A DNA stretch of 64,000 nucleotides from Methylotenera sp. GTDB lineage: Bacteria; Pseudomonadota; Gammaproteobacteria; Burkholderiales; Methylophilaceae. The notes beneath the pieces were generated by a model, which was not told the DNA's origin, searched no databases, and was given only the letters and a program-made list of their open reading frames with translations. The stretch covers positions 4,226 through 68,225 of the forward strand of contig NZ_JABFRA010000008.1 in NCBI RefSeq assembly GCF_013141425.1. The letters run 5' to 3'. Both the position numbers and the translations under genes were made by a program. Shown here piece by piece: positions 51,422 to 62,465 of the stretch (positions within the stretch are counted from its first letter, which is position 1; every line of letters begins with the position of its first letter).

Positions 51422-51997
51422 TTAAGGATTCGTATTCTCAGCTTTAGCTTTTACAAGCTTATCTTCTGTCAATGCTTTTTCCTGCGCTGCTTTTTCTTCC
51501 TCAGCCTTAGCTAAGTCTATTTTTTTTAGCTCTTCTGGTGAAGCTGATTGACCAAGCATAACTTCATTATCTTTATTATTTTTTCTATCAAAAACAAGGT
51601 TATCACCCAAAATGACTCTAATCCAATCAGGATAACTATAGGCAGTACCTTTATTATGGTCAATAATTGCACCTATCCCACCTCCAAATAGAATATTGCC
51701 AAACATACCCCCATTAGCGCGAGAAATTACCGTAGCAAGACCCGATAGCTCGCCTTCTTTATCGCACTTAACGATTAAATTTTGACCAGAACGATGCACA
51801 TTTACTGTGCCAGTAGAAGTTGTACTCCATTCCCCGCGCTCATTTTTGGCAACACATTTAGCGCCACTTACGAGTTGGTTACTTTTAGAATATGTTTCAA
51901 CCTGCACGGGTTGATTGGAGTCCTTAGTGATCGATGCACAACCGCCAAATAAAGTGGCGGCCACAGCTAACGGTATGAATCTATGAAATATTTTCAT
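51422..51997 (-). CDS. Hypothetical lipoprotein with a Gly-zipper segment and a Lys/Glu-rich tail
   Basis: 191-aa ORF with the lipobox-like LFGGC, the segment GGMFGNILFGGGIGAIID, and a charged coiled tail. Confidence 0.55.
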   Translation of the reverse strand: MKIFHRFIPLAVAATLFGGCASITKDSNQPVQVETYSKSNQLVSGAKCVAKNERGEWSTTSTGTVNVHRSGQNLIVKCDKEGELSGLATVISRANGGMFGNILFGGGIGAIIDHNKGTAYSYPDWIRVILGDNLVFDRKNNKDNEVMLGQSASPEELKKIDLAKAEEEKAAQEKALTEDKLVKAKAENTNP

Positions 51998-52016
51998 TAT
52001 TTTTGCCTTATTAGAT

Positions 52017-52053
52017 TAAAAAAATAGCCAGCTTAACACTAGCTAAGCTGGCT
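52017..52053 (-). terminator. Rho-independent terminator of lpdA
   Basis: A 10-bp perfect stem agccagctta/taagctggct (52026-52035 / 52044-52053) is followed on the minus strand by a run of seven T. It lies 29 nt after the lpdA stop. Confidence 0.75.
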
Positions 52054-52081
52054 CTACATTGTACACAATTCAAATTAGCTA

Positions 52082-53860
52082 CTAGCGTTTTTTGATGTAA
52101 AGATCTGTAATGTTGCCCTCTTTCATCTCCGCTGCAAAACAAACTGTTTCTGAAAGTGTTGGATGGGCATGGATGGTTAAACCTAAATCATGCGCATCAG
52201 CGCCCATTTCAATCGCCAACACGGTTTCAGCTAACAGTTCGCCTGCATTCACACCTACAATACCTGCGCCAATCAGGCGATGCGTGTTTTTATCAAAGAT
52301 TAACTTGGTTGCCCCTTCTGTGCGTGCGATTGAAAGTGCGCGACCACTCGCTGCCCAAGGGAACGAGGCTTTTTCAATTTCAAGACCTTTGGCTTTGGCT
52401 TCTGTTTCTGTCACGCCCACCCAAGCCACTTCTGGGTCTGTGTAGGCAACGGATGGAATGACTGACGCGACAAATTCAACCTTTTCACCTGCAATCACTT
52501 CTGCAGCTACTTTGCCTTCGTGCGTAGCTTTATGCGCCAACATCGGCTGACCAACAATGTCACCAATCGCAAATATATGGGGCACGTTCGTACGCATTTG
52601 CTTATCTACCGCGATAAAACCATAGTCATCAACAGCTACACCAGCATTTTCCGCTCCGATGTTTTTACCGTTAGGACGGCGACCAATCGACACTAGCACA
52701 CGATCATACACCTCAACGCCTTTAGGCGCATCTGCGTTTCCATTCACACCTTCAAATGTCACATGAATTCCGTCTTTTTTAGGTTCTATGCTAGCCACTT
52801 TGGTATTGAGCAATATTGCTTCAAAGCGTTTTTCCATGCGTTTTTGTAGCGGGCGGACTAAATCACGGTCACAACCTTGAATTAAGCCATCAGTAAATTC
52901 AACCACACTAACTTTGGAGCCCAGCGCATCATAAACCGTACCCATTTCCAAGCCAATAATACCGCCACCAATCACCAACAGGCGTTTAGGCACATCGGCC
53001 AAAGCCAGTGCTCCCGTAGAGTCCATAATACGTTCATCTGCAGCCACAGCTGGGAATTTGGTAGCTTGTGAGCCGGCCGCAATAATCGCGTTGTCGAATG
53101 AAATTGTAGTAACTTTGTTCTCAGCCGTAGTCACGGCAATTTGATTCGGGCTGGTAAATTTACCTACGCCTTGAACTACTGTGACGTTGCGCTGTTTAGC
53201 CATGGCAGCCAAACCACCAGTAAGTTTCCCTACCACATCATTAGCTTTCCAATTGCGCAACTGCTCTAAATCTACTTGAGGCGCACCAAAGGTAACACCA
53301 TGATGCGCGGTCTCTTCTGCTTCAGTAATCACTTTAGCTGTGTGCAATAAGGCTTTTGATGGAATACAGCCAACATTGAGGCAAACGCCACCTAAAGTAG
53401 AATATCGTTCGATTAGCACCACTTTTTTGCCTAAATCCGCTGCGCGGAAGGCGGCGGTATAGCCGCCAGGACCTGAGCCCAAAACAACTACTTCAGAGTG
53501 TAAGTCTGCATTCCCAACATTTACAACCGTGGCTACTGTTGCAACCGCAGGTTTCACTTCAGCCACCACAGCTTCAGCAACAACCTCTTTTTTTACAGAG
53601 GCTTCCGCGCTGGCATTAGCTTCAACAAATAAAATCAAACTGTCTTTCGCGACTTTGTCACCCACTTTGACTTTGAGTTCTTTTACCGTACCTGCGATGG
53701 AGGATGGAATATCCATAGAAGCTTTGTCTGACTCAACGGTGATAAGCGAATCTTCTTTGGCAATGACATCGCCAGCCTTTACCAATACTTCAATCACATC
53801 CACGCTATCGAAATTTCCAATATCTGGCACTAAAACCTCTACTAAATTGCTCATGCTCAC
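52082..53860 (-). CDS. lpdA: Dihydrolipoyl dehydrogenase (E3) with an N-terminal lipoyl domain
   Basis: 592-aa ORF. The lipoyl-Lys context reads [12 protein letters not shown] and an Ala/Val-rich linker follows. It also has GSGPGGY, the redox disulfide [13 protein letters not shown] and HAHPTLSE. Confidence 0.92.
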   Translation of the reverse strand: MSMSNLVEVLVPDIGNFDSVDVIEVLVKAGDVIAKEDSLITVESDKASMDIPSSIAGTVKELKVKVGDKVAKDSLILFVEANASAEASVKKEVVAEAVVAEVKPAVATVATVVNVGNADLHSEVVVLGSGPGGYTAAFRAADLGKKVVLIERYSTLGGVCLNVGCIPSKALLHTAKVITEAEETAHHGVTFGAPQVDLEQLRNWKANDVVGKLTGGLAAMAKQRNVTVVQGVGKFTSPNQIAVTTAENKVTTISFDNAIIAAGSQATKFPAVAADERIMDSTGALALADVPKRLLVIGGGIIGLEMGTVYDALGSKVSVVEFTDGLIQGCDRDLVRPLQKRMEKRFEAILLNTKVASIEPKKDGIHVTFEGVNGNADAPKGVEVYDRVLVSIGRRPNGKNIGAENAGVAVDDYGFIAVDKQMRTNVPHIFAIGDIVGQPMLAHKATHEGKVAAEVIAGEKVEFVASVIPSVAYTDPEVAWVGVTETEAKAKGLEIEKASFPWAASGRALSIARTEGATKLIFDKNTHRLIGAGIVGVNAGELLAETVLAIEMGADAHDLGLTIHAHPTLSETVCFAAEMKEGNITDLYIKKR

Positions 53861-54027
53861 CCTTTGCTAAAACCATCGTTATTTATCGTGATTTTATCAT
53901 CAAAACAGCCCCTAAATACCTTCAAAATATATGAATAAGTAGTATGATTTATAGCTTGAAAATTTAAACCTCTTAATCAAGTGGTTTTTAATACGACTCG
54001 TTTCAAAAAAAGAATAAGGATTTCTTC

Positions 54028-57000
54028 ATGCCATTCATCAGCACTGGTCTTAAGCTTATTAATACGATTACAGCCAACTTGCTGCAACTGATAAGTGCCG
54101 GACTAGGCTTCTTATTTGGTTCAATTAACTATCAGGCGCCGTCATGGTTGAAATGGCTTGGCAGCAAGCTCTGCAACTTACGTACACTGATTGCTCAAAA
54201 ACCTATCAAAAGTTTAGGTATATTCGCCTTACTAGCAGCGTTAATTGCAGGTGGCTGGCAGGCTTGGCTATGGTATCAAGCAAGGCCACAGCCTGTTACT
54301 GTAAAAGTCACCGTTACAGCACCAACCAGAACGGAAATAGAATATAATGCCGCGCCTAACCCACTTAGCATCAGCTTCGACAGCTCAGTAGCACCGATTG
54401 AGCTTGTGGGTAAAACTGTTACCGAAGGCATTAGCTTACTGCCAAAAATTGACGGTGTATGGAAGTGGACTGCTGAAAACACTCTGCAATTTCAACCCAA
54501 GGCTGAATGGCCCGTTGGCACGCAATTTAAGGTGAGCTTGAATGCTAAAGCACTCACCCCAAAAACCTTGCTAGATAAATGGGACATTGAATTTAACGCA
54601 CCGCTATTTATCGCGGGCATTGTGAATAGTGAGTTTTATCAAGACCCTATCAATGCCGCCATGAAAAAAGTAGTTGTAAACCTCAACTTTAGTCACCCAG
54701 TTGATACTGCTAAATTAGAAAAAAGCATCACGCTTAAAATGCGCACCAGCAAAACCAGTTTGCTAAGCTTTGGAACGGACACGATTCCCTTCGTTGTGAG
54801 TTACGACAAATTAAAACTAAACGCCTATATACACTCGGCGCCGCTAGCCATCCCAAAAGACGATAGCGTACTGGAAGTCAGCATCGACGAGGGCCTAAAA
54901 GCCGCACTAGGTGGAAAAGTTTTTGAAACCAAGCTTACGCAAAGTGTCAATGTACCAGGGCTTTACAGCTTGCTAATTAATGAAATTAGCCCGATTGTTG
55001 TTTCTAACGACCAAAATGAGCCTGAGCAAATTCTGCTCCTTAACGCCTCTGCCGCGGTCAATGAAAAAGAAATCGCCAGCCACATTAAGGTTTGGGTTTT
55101 GCCGCGGAATAAATTAGTCAGCACTACAGAAGAATTAAAGCGACCTTATGTTTGGGGCAATAATAAAGAAATCACTCCCGCGTTATTAGCCGCCAGCAAA
55201 GCACTTGCACTGGATGCGATTCCTGCAGAACGTGAAAATATCGAATCGCACTCATTTAAATACAAAGCACCTGTAGGCAGCTACCTTTATGTACAAGTAG
55301 ATAAAGGTCTGAAATCTTTTGGTGGCTATCAACTGGGCGCGGTAACTCAGCACGTTTTACAGGTACCGCCTTTCCCGGCAGAAGTAAAAATTCTAAGCCA
55401 AGGATCCTTATTAGCCTTGAGTGGCGAACGTAAAGTGGCGGTATTGACACGTGACTTACCTGGCCTACAAATGGAAATTGGCCGCATTTTGCCAGGCCAA
55501 TTGCAACATTTAATCACACAAAGCAGTGGTAACCTTGCCAGCCCATCGTTCAATTACTACATTGATGCTGACAATTTGACTGAGCGATTTGAGCATAAAA
55601 TTCCATTAGCGCTGGAGGCAGGTAAAGCCCATTATGAAGCGCTTGATTTAACCGAGTACTTAAGCCAAGGGGAAGCGAAACGTGGTGTTTTCTTACTGAC
55701 GGTGCGTGGTTACAAACCAAAAACAGAAGCGAATATTGAAGGTCACCAAACAGATGATGGCTCTAATTACAATCCAGTAGAAACACAAAACCCAGAATCG
55801 TTTGTCGACAAACGCCTCATTCTAATCACCGATTTAGGTCTAATTGCTAAAAAAGAGCTAGATGGTAGTCAAGTCGTGTATGTACAATCGATTCATACTG
55901 GCTTACCCATTGCGGGCGCCACCGTTGAAGTGATTGCTAAAAATGGTCAAGCTATTTTTAGCCAAACCACCGATGCGAATGGTCGCGTAAACTTTAGCAA
56001 ATTGGACGGCTTGCAACGTGAGCGTGCGCCAATTATGTACATTGTGAAAAAAGCCGGCGACTTAAGTTTTTTACCGATCAATCGCTATGATAGAAATCTG
56101 GATTACTCACGCTTTGATGTCGGCGGCGTGGCTAATGCAGCCAGTTCAGATAGCTTAAACGCTTACTTATTCTCAGACCGCGGCATCTATCGCCCAGGCG
56201 ACACCTTGCACATTGGCATGATTGTTAAAACCGCCACTTGGGCAAAAGCGCTGGATGGCTTGCCTTTGGAAGCGGAAGTGCTGGATGCACGTGGGTTAAC
56301 TGTAAAAAGACAAACAGTTCGACTGGGCGCTGGTGGCTTTAATGAACTGGAATATAAAACACTAGAAACCTCACCAACCGGCAACTACACCATTAATCTT
56401 TACTCAGTTAAAGACAATAACGCCTATCAGCAACTCGGTTCTGTTTCGGTAAAAGTGCAAGAATTCTTGCCTGACCGTATGAAAGTAAAAGCGCAGTTTG
56501 CGAAAGACACAACGCTCTATCCTGAAAATGCAGAAGGCTGGCTCAATCCAAAAGATTTAAAAGCCAATATTAATGTGCAAAACCTGTTTGGCACGCCTGC
56601 AGAAAATAGACGTGTTACGGCGACCTTAACTCTTAGCCCAGCCTATCCTGCGTTTAGTCAATATAATGACTTTGCCTTCTACGACCCACTACGTGCTAAA
56701 GAAGGCTACAGCGAGAAGCTAAGTGAGGCCACCAGTAATGCGCAAGGCGTGGCGGAGTTTGAACTTGGCTTAGAGAAATACACCAAAGCCACCTATCGAT
56801 TAAACATCATGGCGCAAGCTTATGAAGCTGGCGGTGGGCGTAGCGTTTCCGCAGAAGCAGCTGCGCTCATCTCTGAACAGTCATTCTTGATTGGCTTTAA
56901 AGCGGATGGCGACTTAAATTATGTGAGCAAAGCCAGCAAGCGCAATGTCAATTTAATTGCCGTGAATTCAACCCTGCAAAAAATTACAGCAGGTGACTTG

Positions 57001-59985
57001 AGCCTAAACCTGATTGAACGTAAATACGTTTCAGTACTGACCAAGCAAGGCAGCGGTACGTTCAAGTACGAATCACGCAAAAAAGAAGTACTCATTAAAA
57101 CAAAACCTTACAGCATCAATGCGACAGGCAATACATTAGCATTGGCTACCGATGTGCCAGGAGATTTTGCTTATGTCATTAAAAATCAAGATGGCTTAGA
57201 ACTTAACCGTGTGGAATATAGTGTTGCTGGCTTGGGTAATGTAAGCCGCTCATTAGAACGCAATGCGGAACTGCAACTCACGCTGGATAAAAAAGATTAT
57301 GTTCCGGGCGAAACCATCAGTGTTAGCATTCGTGCGCCTTACGTGGGTGCGGGCTTAATTACTATCGAGCGTGATAAAGTCTATGCACAACATTGGTTTA
57401 AAGTAGATAGCCAAGCTTCTGTGCAAGAAATCACCTTACCTGAAGGTTTTGAAGGCAATGGTTACGTGAGCGTACAATTTGTGCGCGATCCAAGTTCGGA
57501 GGAAATTTTCACCAGTCCGTTATCCTATGGCGTGGTGCCATTTGCCACCAGCTTGGCACAGCGCACGAACACGCTAAAACTCACTGCGCCCGCTTTAATT
57601 AAACCAGGCCAAGCACTTAAAATGAAGTTGGATGCAGCTAAACCTGGTCGCGCGGTGGTATTTGCCGTGGATGAAGGCATCTTGCAAGTAGCGCGATACC
57701 AAAACCCCGATGCACTTGGTTTCTTCTTTCAAAAACGCCAATTGGAAGTTTCAACCTCACAAATTCTGGATTTAATTTTGCCTGAATTCAAAAAAATCAT
57801 GGCCGCCACAGCACCTGGCGGAGATGCAGATGGCGCGTTAGGCAAACACTTGAATCCGTTCAAACGCAAAACCGACAAACCTGCCGTCTATTGGTCTGGC
57901 ATTGTCGATGTGGCGGCTAGTAAAGAGTTTAGTTACACCGTGCCTGAAACCTTTAACGGTAAAATGCGCTTGATTGCGGTTGTAGTAAATGACGCCAGTA
58001 TTGGCATTACCACGGGTGCTGCCATTGTTCGTGGTGATTTTGTATTATCGCCCAATGCACCACTTACCGTAACTCCAGGCGACACGTTTGATGTCAGTGT
58101 AGGGGTATCGAACAATGTAAAAAGTTCTGGCAATGACGCGGCCGTTACACTTAATTTAGCCGCCTCTCCTGCATTTGAATTGGTCGGTAGCGCAAAACAA
58201 GTGCTTAAAATAAGCGAATTGCGTGAAGGCACGGCGCTATATAAACTTAAAGTACGCGAAGGTGCAACCGCCAAACTAGGTTCCGCGCGGCTAGAGTTTG
58301 TTGCCAGCCTCGGCGCAAAATCAGCAAAACTCGGCACCGAAATAAGCGTGCGCCCTGCAGCACCGCATTTAACTCTATTGCAAACGGGCAGTTTTAAAGG
58401 CGATACTCAAGTAAGCGTTAAACGCGACATGTTTGCAGAATACCGTAAACAGCAAGCCAGCGTCTCACCCTTGCCACTGGTGGCTTCAGGCGGGTTGCTG
58501 GAGTACTTAGGCAATTATGAGCATAGTTGCACTGAGCAATTAATCAGTCAGGCATTACCGCTTGTGGTGCTAAAAAAACGCCCAGAATTACTAGCAAGCA
58601 TTGGTAAAAGCAAGCCGGCAAACCTTGAAAATGCCTTCAGTGTTCTACGCTCCAGGCAAAATGCCGAAGGTGGCTTCGGCTTATGGGATGCCAGCGTCAG
58701 TGCAGATGAGTTTGCCAGCGTGTATGCCGTGCACCTCTTGCTAGAAGCACGCGACCATGCCAATGCAGGTGAAGTTGTTCCAGCAGACATGCTAAAAAGC
58801 GGCTTGGACTACCTGCAAACCTTGGCAGCAAGCCCGGCTGACAACCTAAATACTGTGCGCATTCGAGCTTATGCTACCTATCTGCTTACTCGCGAAGGCA
58901 TTGTCACCACACCCTTGTTGGCCAACTTGCGTAGCACGCTGGACGCTAAAACTTTAACCGATGCCAGCTTTAAAGAATGGCGCTCGGATCTTACGGCAGC
59001 CTATATGGCCGCAAGTTACCAATTACTACAGCAACATGCGCTTGCCAACGAGCTTATTGCTAAACCGATTAAGTTGCTTGGCACTAGCGGTGAAAAGCCG
59101 TTCTATGGGCATTATTACGACGACGTGGTGCGCAACGCGCAAACACTGTATTTGGTTTCACGCCACTTCCCTGATCGTGTAAAAGAGGTGACTGCGGCCA
59201 GCTTAAATAATATTATGCAGCCGATTTCTGCGGGTCGTTTTAATACGCTCTCGTCTGCTTATGCGTTGCTTGGGTTTGATGCTTATGCTAACGTCACTGG
59301 TAGCAAAGTGGTTGCTCAATTAAGCATTAGTGCAATTGATAAACAAAACAAGGTCACCGCACTTAAATTACCTGAAAATATTGCCCCTTTGGTTAGTTTC
59401 CCTGCCAATACGGCACGCTTGAAATTGCAAGGCCCAAATGGCTTGCCCTTATTCTATGCTGTAACTGAATCTGGTTTTGACGTAAAAGCCCCAACTACCG
59501 CCTTAAAACAAGGCATGGAAATTATCCGCGAATACACCGATGAAAAAGGCGCTGCGGTAAACTCCATTACTATGGGCGATGAAATTACGGTTCGCATCAA
59601 AATACGCTCCATTGATGGAAACGTGGATGATGTAGCGATTGTCGACTTACTGCCAGGTGGTTTTGAACCTGTACTTCAAGCGGAGGCCAATGTCACCGAA
59701 ACGGTTATTGAAGAAGGTGGAGGTTTTGAACCACAAGCCAGCAGTTGGACAAGCCCGCTCGGAATCGGAGGCAATTGGTTGCCAAGCTACGCCGACATTC
59801 GTGAAGACCGAGTGGTATTTTATGGTGCAGTAACAAATACCATCACCGAGTTCACTTATAAAATCAAAGCGACCAATAGCGGTCAGTTTGTGGTGCCGCC
59901 AGCTTATGCAGAATCCATGTATAACCGCTTGTTACAAGCACGGTCATTGCCAGCAAGCATTGCCGTGGGTCGTGTTGGAGAATAA
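54028..59985 (+). CDS. Bacterial alpha-2-macroglobulin family protein with a thioester motif (YfhM/ECAM-like)
   Basis: 1985-aa ORF made of many beta-sandwich macroglobulin-like repeats. The thioester motif CTEQ lies at nt 58528-58539 (YEHSCTEQLIS), and an alpha-helical TED-like region follows. pbpC lies immediately downstream. Confidence 0.9.
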   Translation: MPFISTGLKLINTITANLLQLISAGLGFLFGSINYQAPSWLKWLGSKLCNLRTLIAQKPIKSLGIFALLAALIAGGWQAWLWYQARPQPVTVKVTVTAPTRTEIEYNAAPNPLSISFDSSVAPIELVGKTVTEGISLLPKIDGVWKWTAENTLQFQPKAEWPVGTQFKVSLNAKALTPKTLLDKWDIEFNAPLFIAGIVNSEFYQDPINAAMKKVVVNLNFSHPVDTAKLEKSITLKMRTSKTSLLSFGTDTIPFVVSYDKLKLNAYIHSAPLAIPKDDSVLEVSIDEGLKAALGGKVFETKLTQSVNVPGLYSLLINEISPIVVSNDQNEPEQILLLNASAAVNEKEIASHIKVWVLPRNKLVSTTEELKRPYVWGNNKEITPALLAASKALALDAIPAERENIESHSFKYKAPVGSYLYVQVDKGLKSFGGYQLGAVTQHVLQVPPFPAEVKILSQGSLLALSGERKVAVLTRDLPGLQMEIGRILPGQLQHLITQSSGNLASPSFNYYIDADNLTERFEHKIPLALEAGKAHYEALDLTEYLSQGEAKRGVFLLTVRGYKPKTEANIEGHQTDDGSNYNPVETQNPESFVDKRLILITDLGLIAKKELDGSQVVYVQSIHTGLPIAGATVEVIAKNGQAIFSQTTDANGRVNFSKLDGLQRERAPIMYIVKKAGDLSFLPINRYDRNLDYSRFDVGGVANAASSDSLNAYLFSDRGIYRPGDTLHIGMIVKTATWAKALDGLPLEAEVLDARGLTVKRQTVRLGAGGFNELEYKTLETSPTGNYTINLYSVKDNNAYQQLGSVSVKVQEFLPDRMKVKAQFAKDTTLYPENAEGWLNPKDLKANINVQNLFGTPAENRRVTATLTLSPAYPAFSQYNDFAFYDPLRAKEGYSEKLSEATSNAQGVAEFELGLEKYTKATYRLNIMAQAYEAGGGRSVSAEAAALISEQSFLIGFKADGDLNYVSKASKRNVNLIAVNSTLQKITAGDLSLNLIERKYVSVLTKQGSGTFKYESRKKEVLIKTKPYSINATGNTLALATDVPGDFAYVIKNQDGLELNRVEYSVAGLGNVSRSLERNAELQLTLDKKDYVPGETISVSIRAPYVGAGLITIERDKVYAQHWFKVDSQASVQEITLPEGFEGNGYVSVQFVRDPSSEEIFTSPLSYGVVPFATSLAQRTNTLKLTAPALIKPGQALKMKLDAAKPGRAVVFAVDEGILQVARYQNPDALGFFFQKRQLEVSTSQILDLILPEFKKIMAATAPGGDADGALGKHLNPFKRKTDKPAVYWSGIVDVAASKEFSYTVPETFNGKMRLIAVVVNDASIGITTGAAIVRGDFVLSPNAPLTVTPGDTFDVSVGVSNNVKSSGNDAAVTLNLAASPAFELVGSAKQVLKISELREGTALYKLKVREGATAKLGSARLEFVASLGAKSAKLGTEISVRPAAPHLTLLQTGSFKGDTQVSVKRDMFAEYRKQQASVSPLPLVASGGLLEYLGNYEHSCTEQLISQALPLVVLKKRPELLASIGKSKPANLENAFSVLRSRQNAEGGFGLWDASVSADEFASVYAVHLLLEARDHANAGEVVPADMLKSGLDYLQTLAASPADNLNTVRIRAYATYLLTREGIVTTPLLANLRSTLDAKTLTDASFKEWRSDLTAAYMAASYQLLQQHALANELIAKPIKLLGTSGEKPFYGHYYDDVVRNAQTLYLVSRHFPDRVKEVTAASLNNIMQPISAGRFNTLSSAYALLGFDAYANVTGSKVVAQLSISAIDKQNKVTALKLPENIAPLVSFPANTARLKLQGPNGLPLFYAVTESGFDVKAPTTALKQGMEIIREYTDEKGAAVNSITMGDEITVRIKIRSIDGNVDDVAIVDLLPGGFEPVLQAEANVTETVIEEGGGFEPQASSWTSPLGIGGNWLPSYADIREDRVVFYGAVTNTITEFTYKIKATNSGQFVVPPAYAESMYNRLLQARSLPASIAVGRVGE

Positions 59986-60115
59986 TTCTATTTTACTTCG
60001 TTATTCCCGCGCAGGGCGCGTTGGCTTGTGCATAAGCCGACCGTATCGCGGGCGCACAGCATGCCTGATACACCCAGCGTAGGAATGACGGGCTGGTTAA
60101 TTCCGTTTTAAGATA

Positions 60116-62455
60116 ATGCCAATATTTCAAAGACGTAGATCGTCCAAGTTTTTAAAGCATAGTTTGCTTGCCATACTGCTGCTTGGTTTAGTTTTGATAG
60201 GTTTACGGCTTTACCCCAAGCCTAAACTAGCTGATTCAATCCCCCACTCCACGGCCATTTATGCGGCCGATGGCAGCTTGTTAAGACTGACTCTAGCCGC
60301 AGATGCTCAATATCAGCTATGGGTGCCGCTTAAAAAAATTTCACCCAGCGCAGTAGAAGCGGTTAAGTTGTACGAAGACCGTTATTTTAACTGGCACTTC
60401 GGCGTTAACCCTGTTGCGCTATCGCGCGGCCTTGTTCGCACTTATGCTGGCGGCTCGCGTCAAGGTGCTTCAACCATTACCATGCAACTGGCACGTGGTT
60501 TATATGGCATTGATTCGCGCAGTTTATTAGGTAAAGCCAAGCAGATGCTGGCCGCCATTTGGTTAGAAAGCCGATATTCCAAACACGAAATTTTAGAGGC
60601 CTATTTAAATATCGCGCCCTATGGTGGCAACATCAAAGGCATTGCCACGGCCAGCCTGTTTTACTACAACAAGCCTACCAGCCGTTTGAACTTACCGGAA
60701 GCAATGACGCTAGCCGTGATTCCACAAAACCCCAATAAGCGCCTGCGTATTTCCAGTAAAAATGTATCGCTTAATGACGCGCGCACTCGCTTATGGCAAA
60801 ACTGGTTAAAAAAACGTCCACAAGATAGTAAATACAATGCTGACATGGCCTTGCCAGCACAATCCCTTAAAGCCACGCGAAAAATTGCAAATCAAAATCC
60901 GCCTTTTCTTGCACCGCATTTCACTGATGCATTACTCGCAGAAAATAAGCATCAGCTCGTCATTCAAACTGGTTTGAATATTGGTGCACAAGCCACCCTA
61001 GAGCGCATGATTGCACGTTATATTGAAAACAATAAAAACTTTGGCATTCAAAATGTAAGTGCCATGCTGTATGACGCAAAAACCATGCAGGTAAAAGCGT
61101 TGGTTGGCTCTGCAGACTATTTTAACGCCGAGATAGATGGTCAGGTAAACGGCACCGCAGCCAAGCGCTCCCCTGGCTCGACCTTAAAACCGTTTATTTA
61201 CGGCTTAGCAATGGACCAAGGCTTGATTCACCCTGCCAGCGTGCTTAAAGATACACCCACCAGCTTTGGCCCTTATAGCCCCGAGAATTTTGATGGCCAC
61301 TTCATCGGTCCCATTACCGCCAGTGAGGCACTCATTCGCTCACGTAATTTACCTGCGGTAAGCTTGTCATCAAAACTCTCACAACCCAGTTTATATAATT
61401 TTTTAAAAAATGCAGGCGTAAGTGATTTAAAAAGTGAGTCGCACTACGGTTTGGCATTAGCTTTGGGCGGTGGTGAGCTGACGATGGAGGAGTTGGTGAG
61501 TCTATACGCCATGCTGGCCAACCATGGGCGCTTTGCGCCATTTAGTCTAACAAAGAACAGCCACGCCACATTCCCACTATTAAGTGAAGAATCTGCCTAC
61601 CTGGCACTGGATATGCTAAGGCAGAACCCGCGACCCGATACCAGCGAACCAGACCGCTACAAAACTGCATGGAAAACTGGCACTTCTTGGGGTTTTCACG
61701 ATGCGTGGACCATCGGAGTGAGCGGCAATTACGTTCTTGCCGTTTGGGTAGGTAATTTTGATGGAAAATCCAATCAGGCCTTCGTCGGTATAAAAACGGC
61801 TGCACCACTATTTTTTCAAATATTAGATAGTCTACGTCATCAACATTTATTAAGCCCACAAACCGAAGTAGAGGCCATGCCTCCACGCACATTAATCAAG
61901 GTAAAAGTCTGCACTGCCAGCGGCGACCTGCCCAACCAATATTGTAAAAATTTAACTGAAACTTGGTTTATTCCAGGCAAATCGCCCATTAAAATCAGCA
62001 CCTTGCATCGCCCCGTGTATTTTGACAATACGACCAATCAAGTGTTTTGTAGTGCTGGGGCAAATACGCGAGAAGAAATCATCGAATTTTGGAATTCAGA
62101 CATGTTGCGGCTCTTTCGTGAAGCAGGCATGCCACGCCGTGTACCACCTAATTTACCTGCAGAATGCAGCAATCAAAACGCACAACGGCAAGAAGATAAG
62201 CCACAAATCACTTCACCACTTAGAGGCGTTGCATACACTATTCGACTAAGCAAACCCGAAACCATTGCGCTAAAAGCTAGTCGCCGCGCACAAAGTACCA
62301 TTTACTGGTTTGCTGACAATGGCTTTATTGCAAAAAGCGAGGCGGGAGTGGCGATGGCATGGTCACCACAAAAAGCGGGACATTTCATATTGCGAGCCGT
62401 AGACGAGTCTGGACAGTCGGACAGTCGAGAGGTGGTGGTCGAGTTTGTACCCTAA
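60116..62455 (+). CDS. pbpC: Penicillin-binding protein 1C (glycosyltransferase + transpeptidase)
   Basis: 779-aa ORF with GT51 motifs (EDRYFNWHFGVNP, GASTITMQLAR), the transpeptidase motifs SPGSTLKP and KTGTS, and a C-terminal PbpC-specific domain. Confidence 0.9.
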   Translation: MPIFQRRRSSKFLKHSLLAILLLGLVLIGLRLYPKPKLADSIPHSTAIYAADGSLLRLTLAADAQYQLWVPLKKISPSAVEAVKLYEDRYFNWHFGVNPVALSRGLVRTYAGGSRQGASTITMQLARGLYGIDSRSLLGKAKQMLAAIWLESRYSKHEILEAYLNIAPYGGNIKGIATASLFYYNKPTSRLNLPEAMTLAVIPQNPNKRLRISSKNVSLNDARTRLWQNWLKKRPQDSKYNADMALPAQSLKATRKIANQNPPFLAPHFTDALLAENKHQLVIQTGLNIGAQATLERMIARYIENNKNFGIQNVSAMLYDAKTMQVKALVGSADYFNAEIDGQVNGTAAKRSPGSTLKPFIYGLAMDQGLIHPASVLKDTPTSFGPYSPENFDGHFIGPITASEALIRSRNLPAVSLSSKLSQPSLYNFLKNAGVSDLKSESHYGLALALGGGELTMEELVSLYAMLANHGRFAPFSLTKNSHATFPLLSEESAYLALDMLRQNPRPDTSEPDRYKTAWKTGTSWGFHDAWTIGVSGNYVLAVWVGNFDGKSNQAFVGIKTAAPLFFQILDSLRHQHLLSPQTEVEAMPPRTLIKVKVCTASGDLPNQYCKNLTETWFIPGKSPIKISTLHRPVYFDNTTNQVFCSAGANTREEIIEFWNSDMLRLFREAGMPRRVPPNLPAECSNQNAQRQEDKPQITSPLRGVAYTIRLSKPETIALKASRRAQSTIYWFADNGFIAKSEAGVAMAWSPQKAGHFILRAVDESGQSDSREVVVEFVP

Positions 62456-62465
62456 GCAAACTCGA

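Noticed and set aside
59888-60082. 64-aa ORF spanning the end of the A2M gene and the A2M-pbpC spacer.
   Set aside because: It overlaps the A2M coding frame and then reads through the GC-rich structured repeat. Its Arg/Cys/Gly-rich product is typical of a translated REP-like element.
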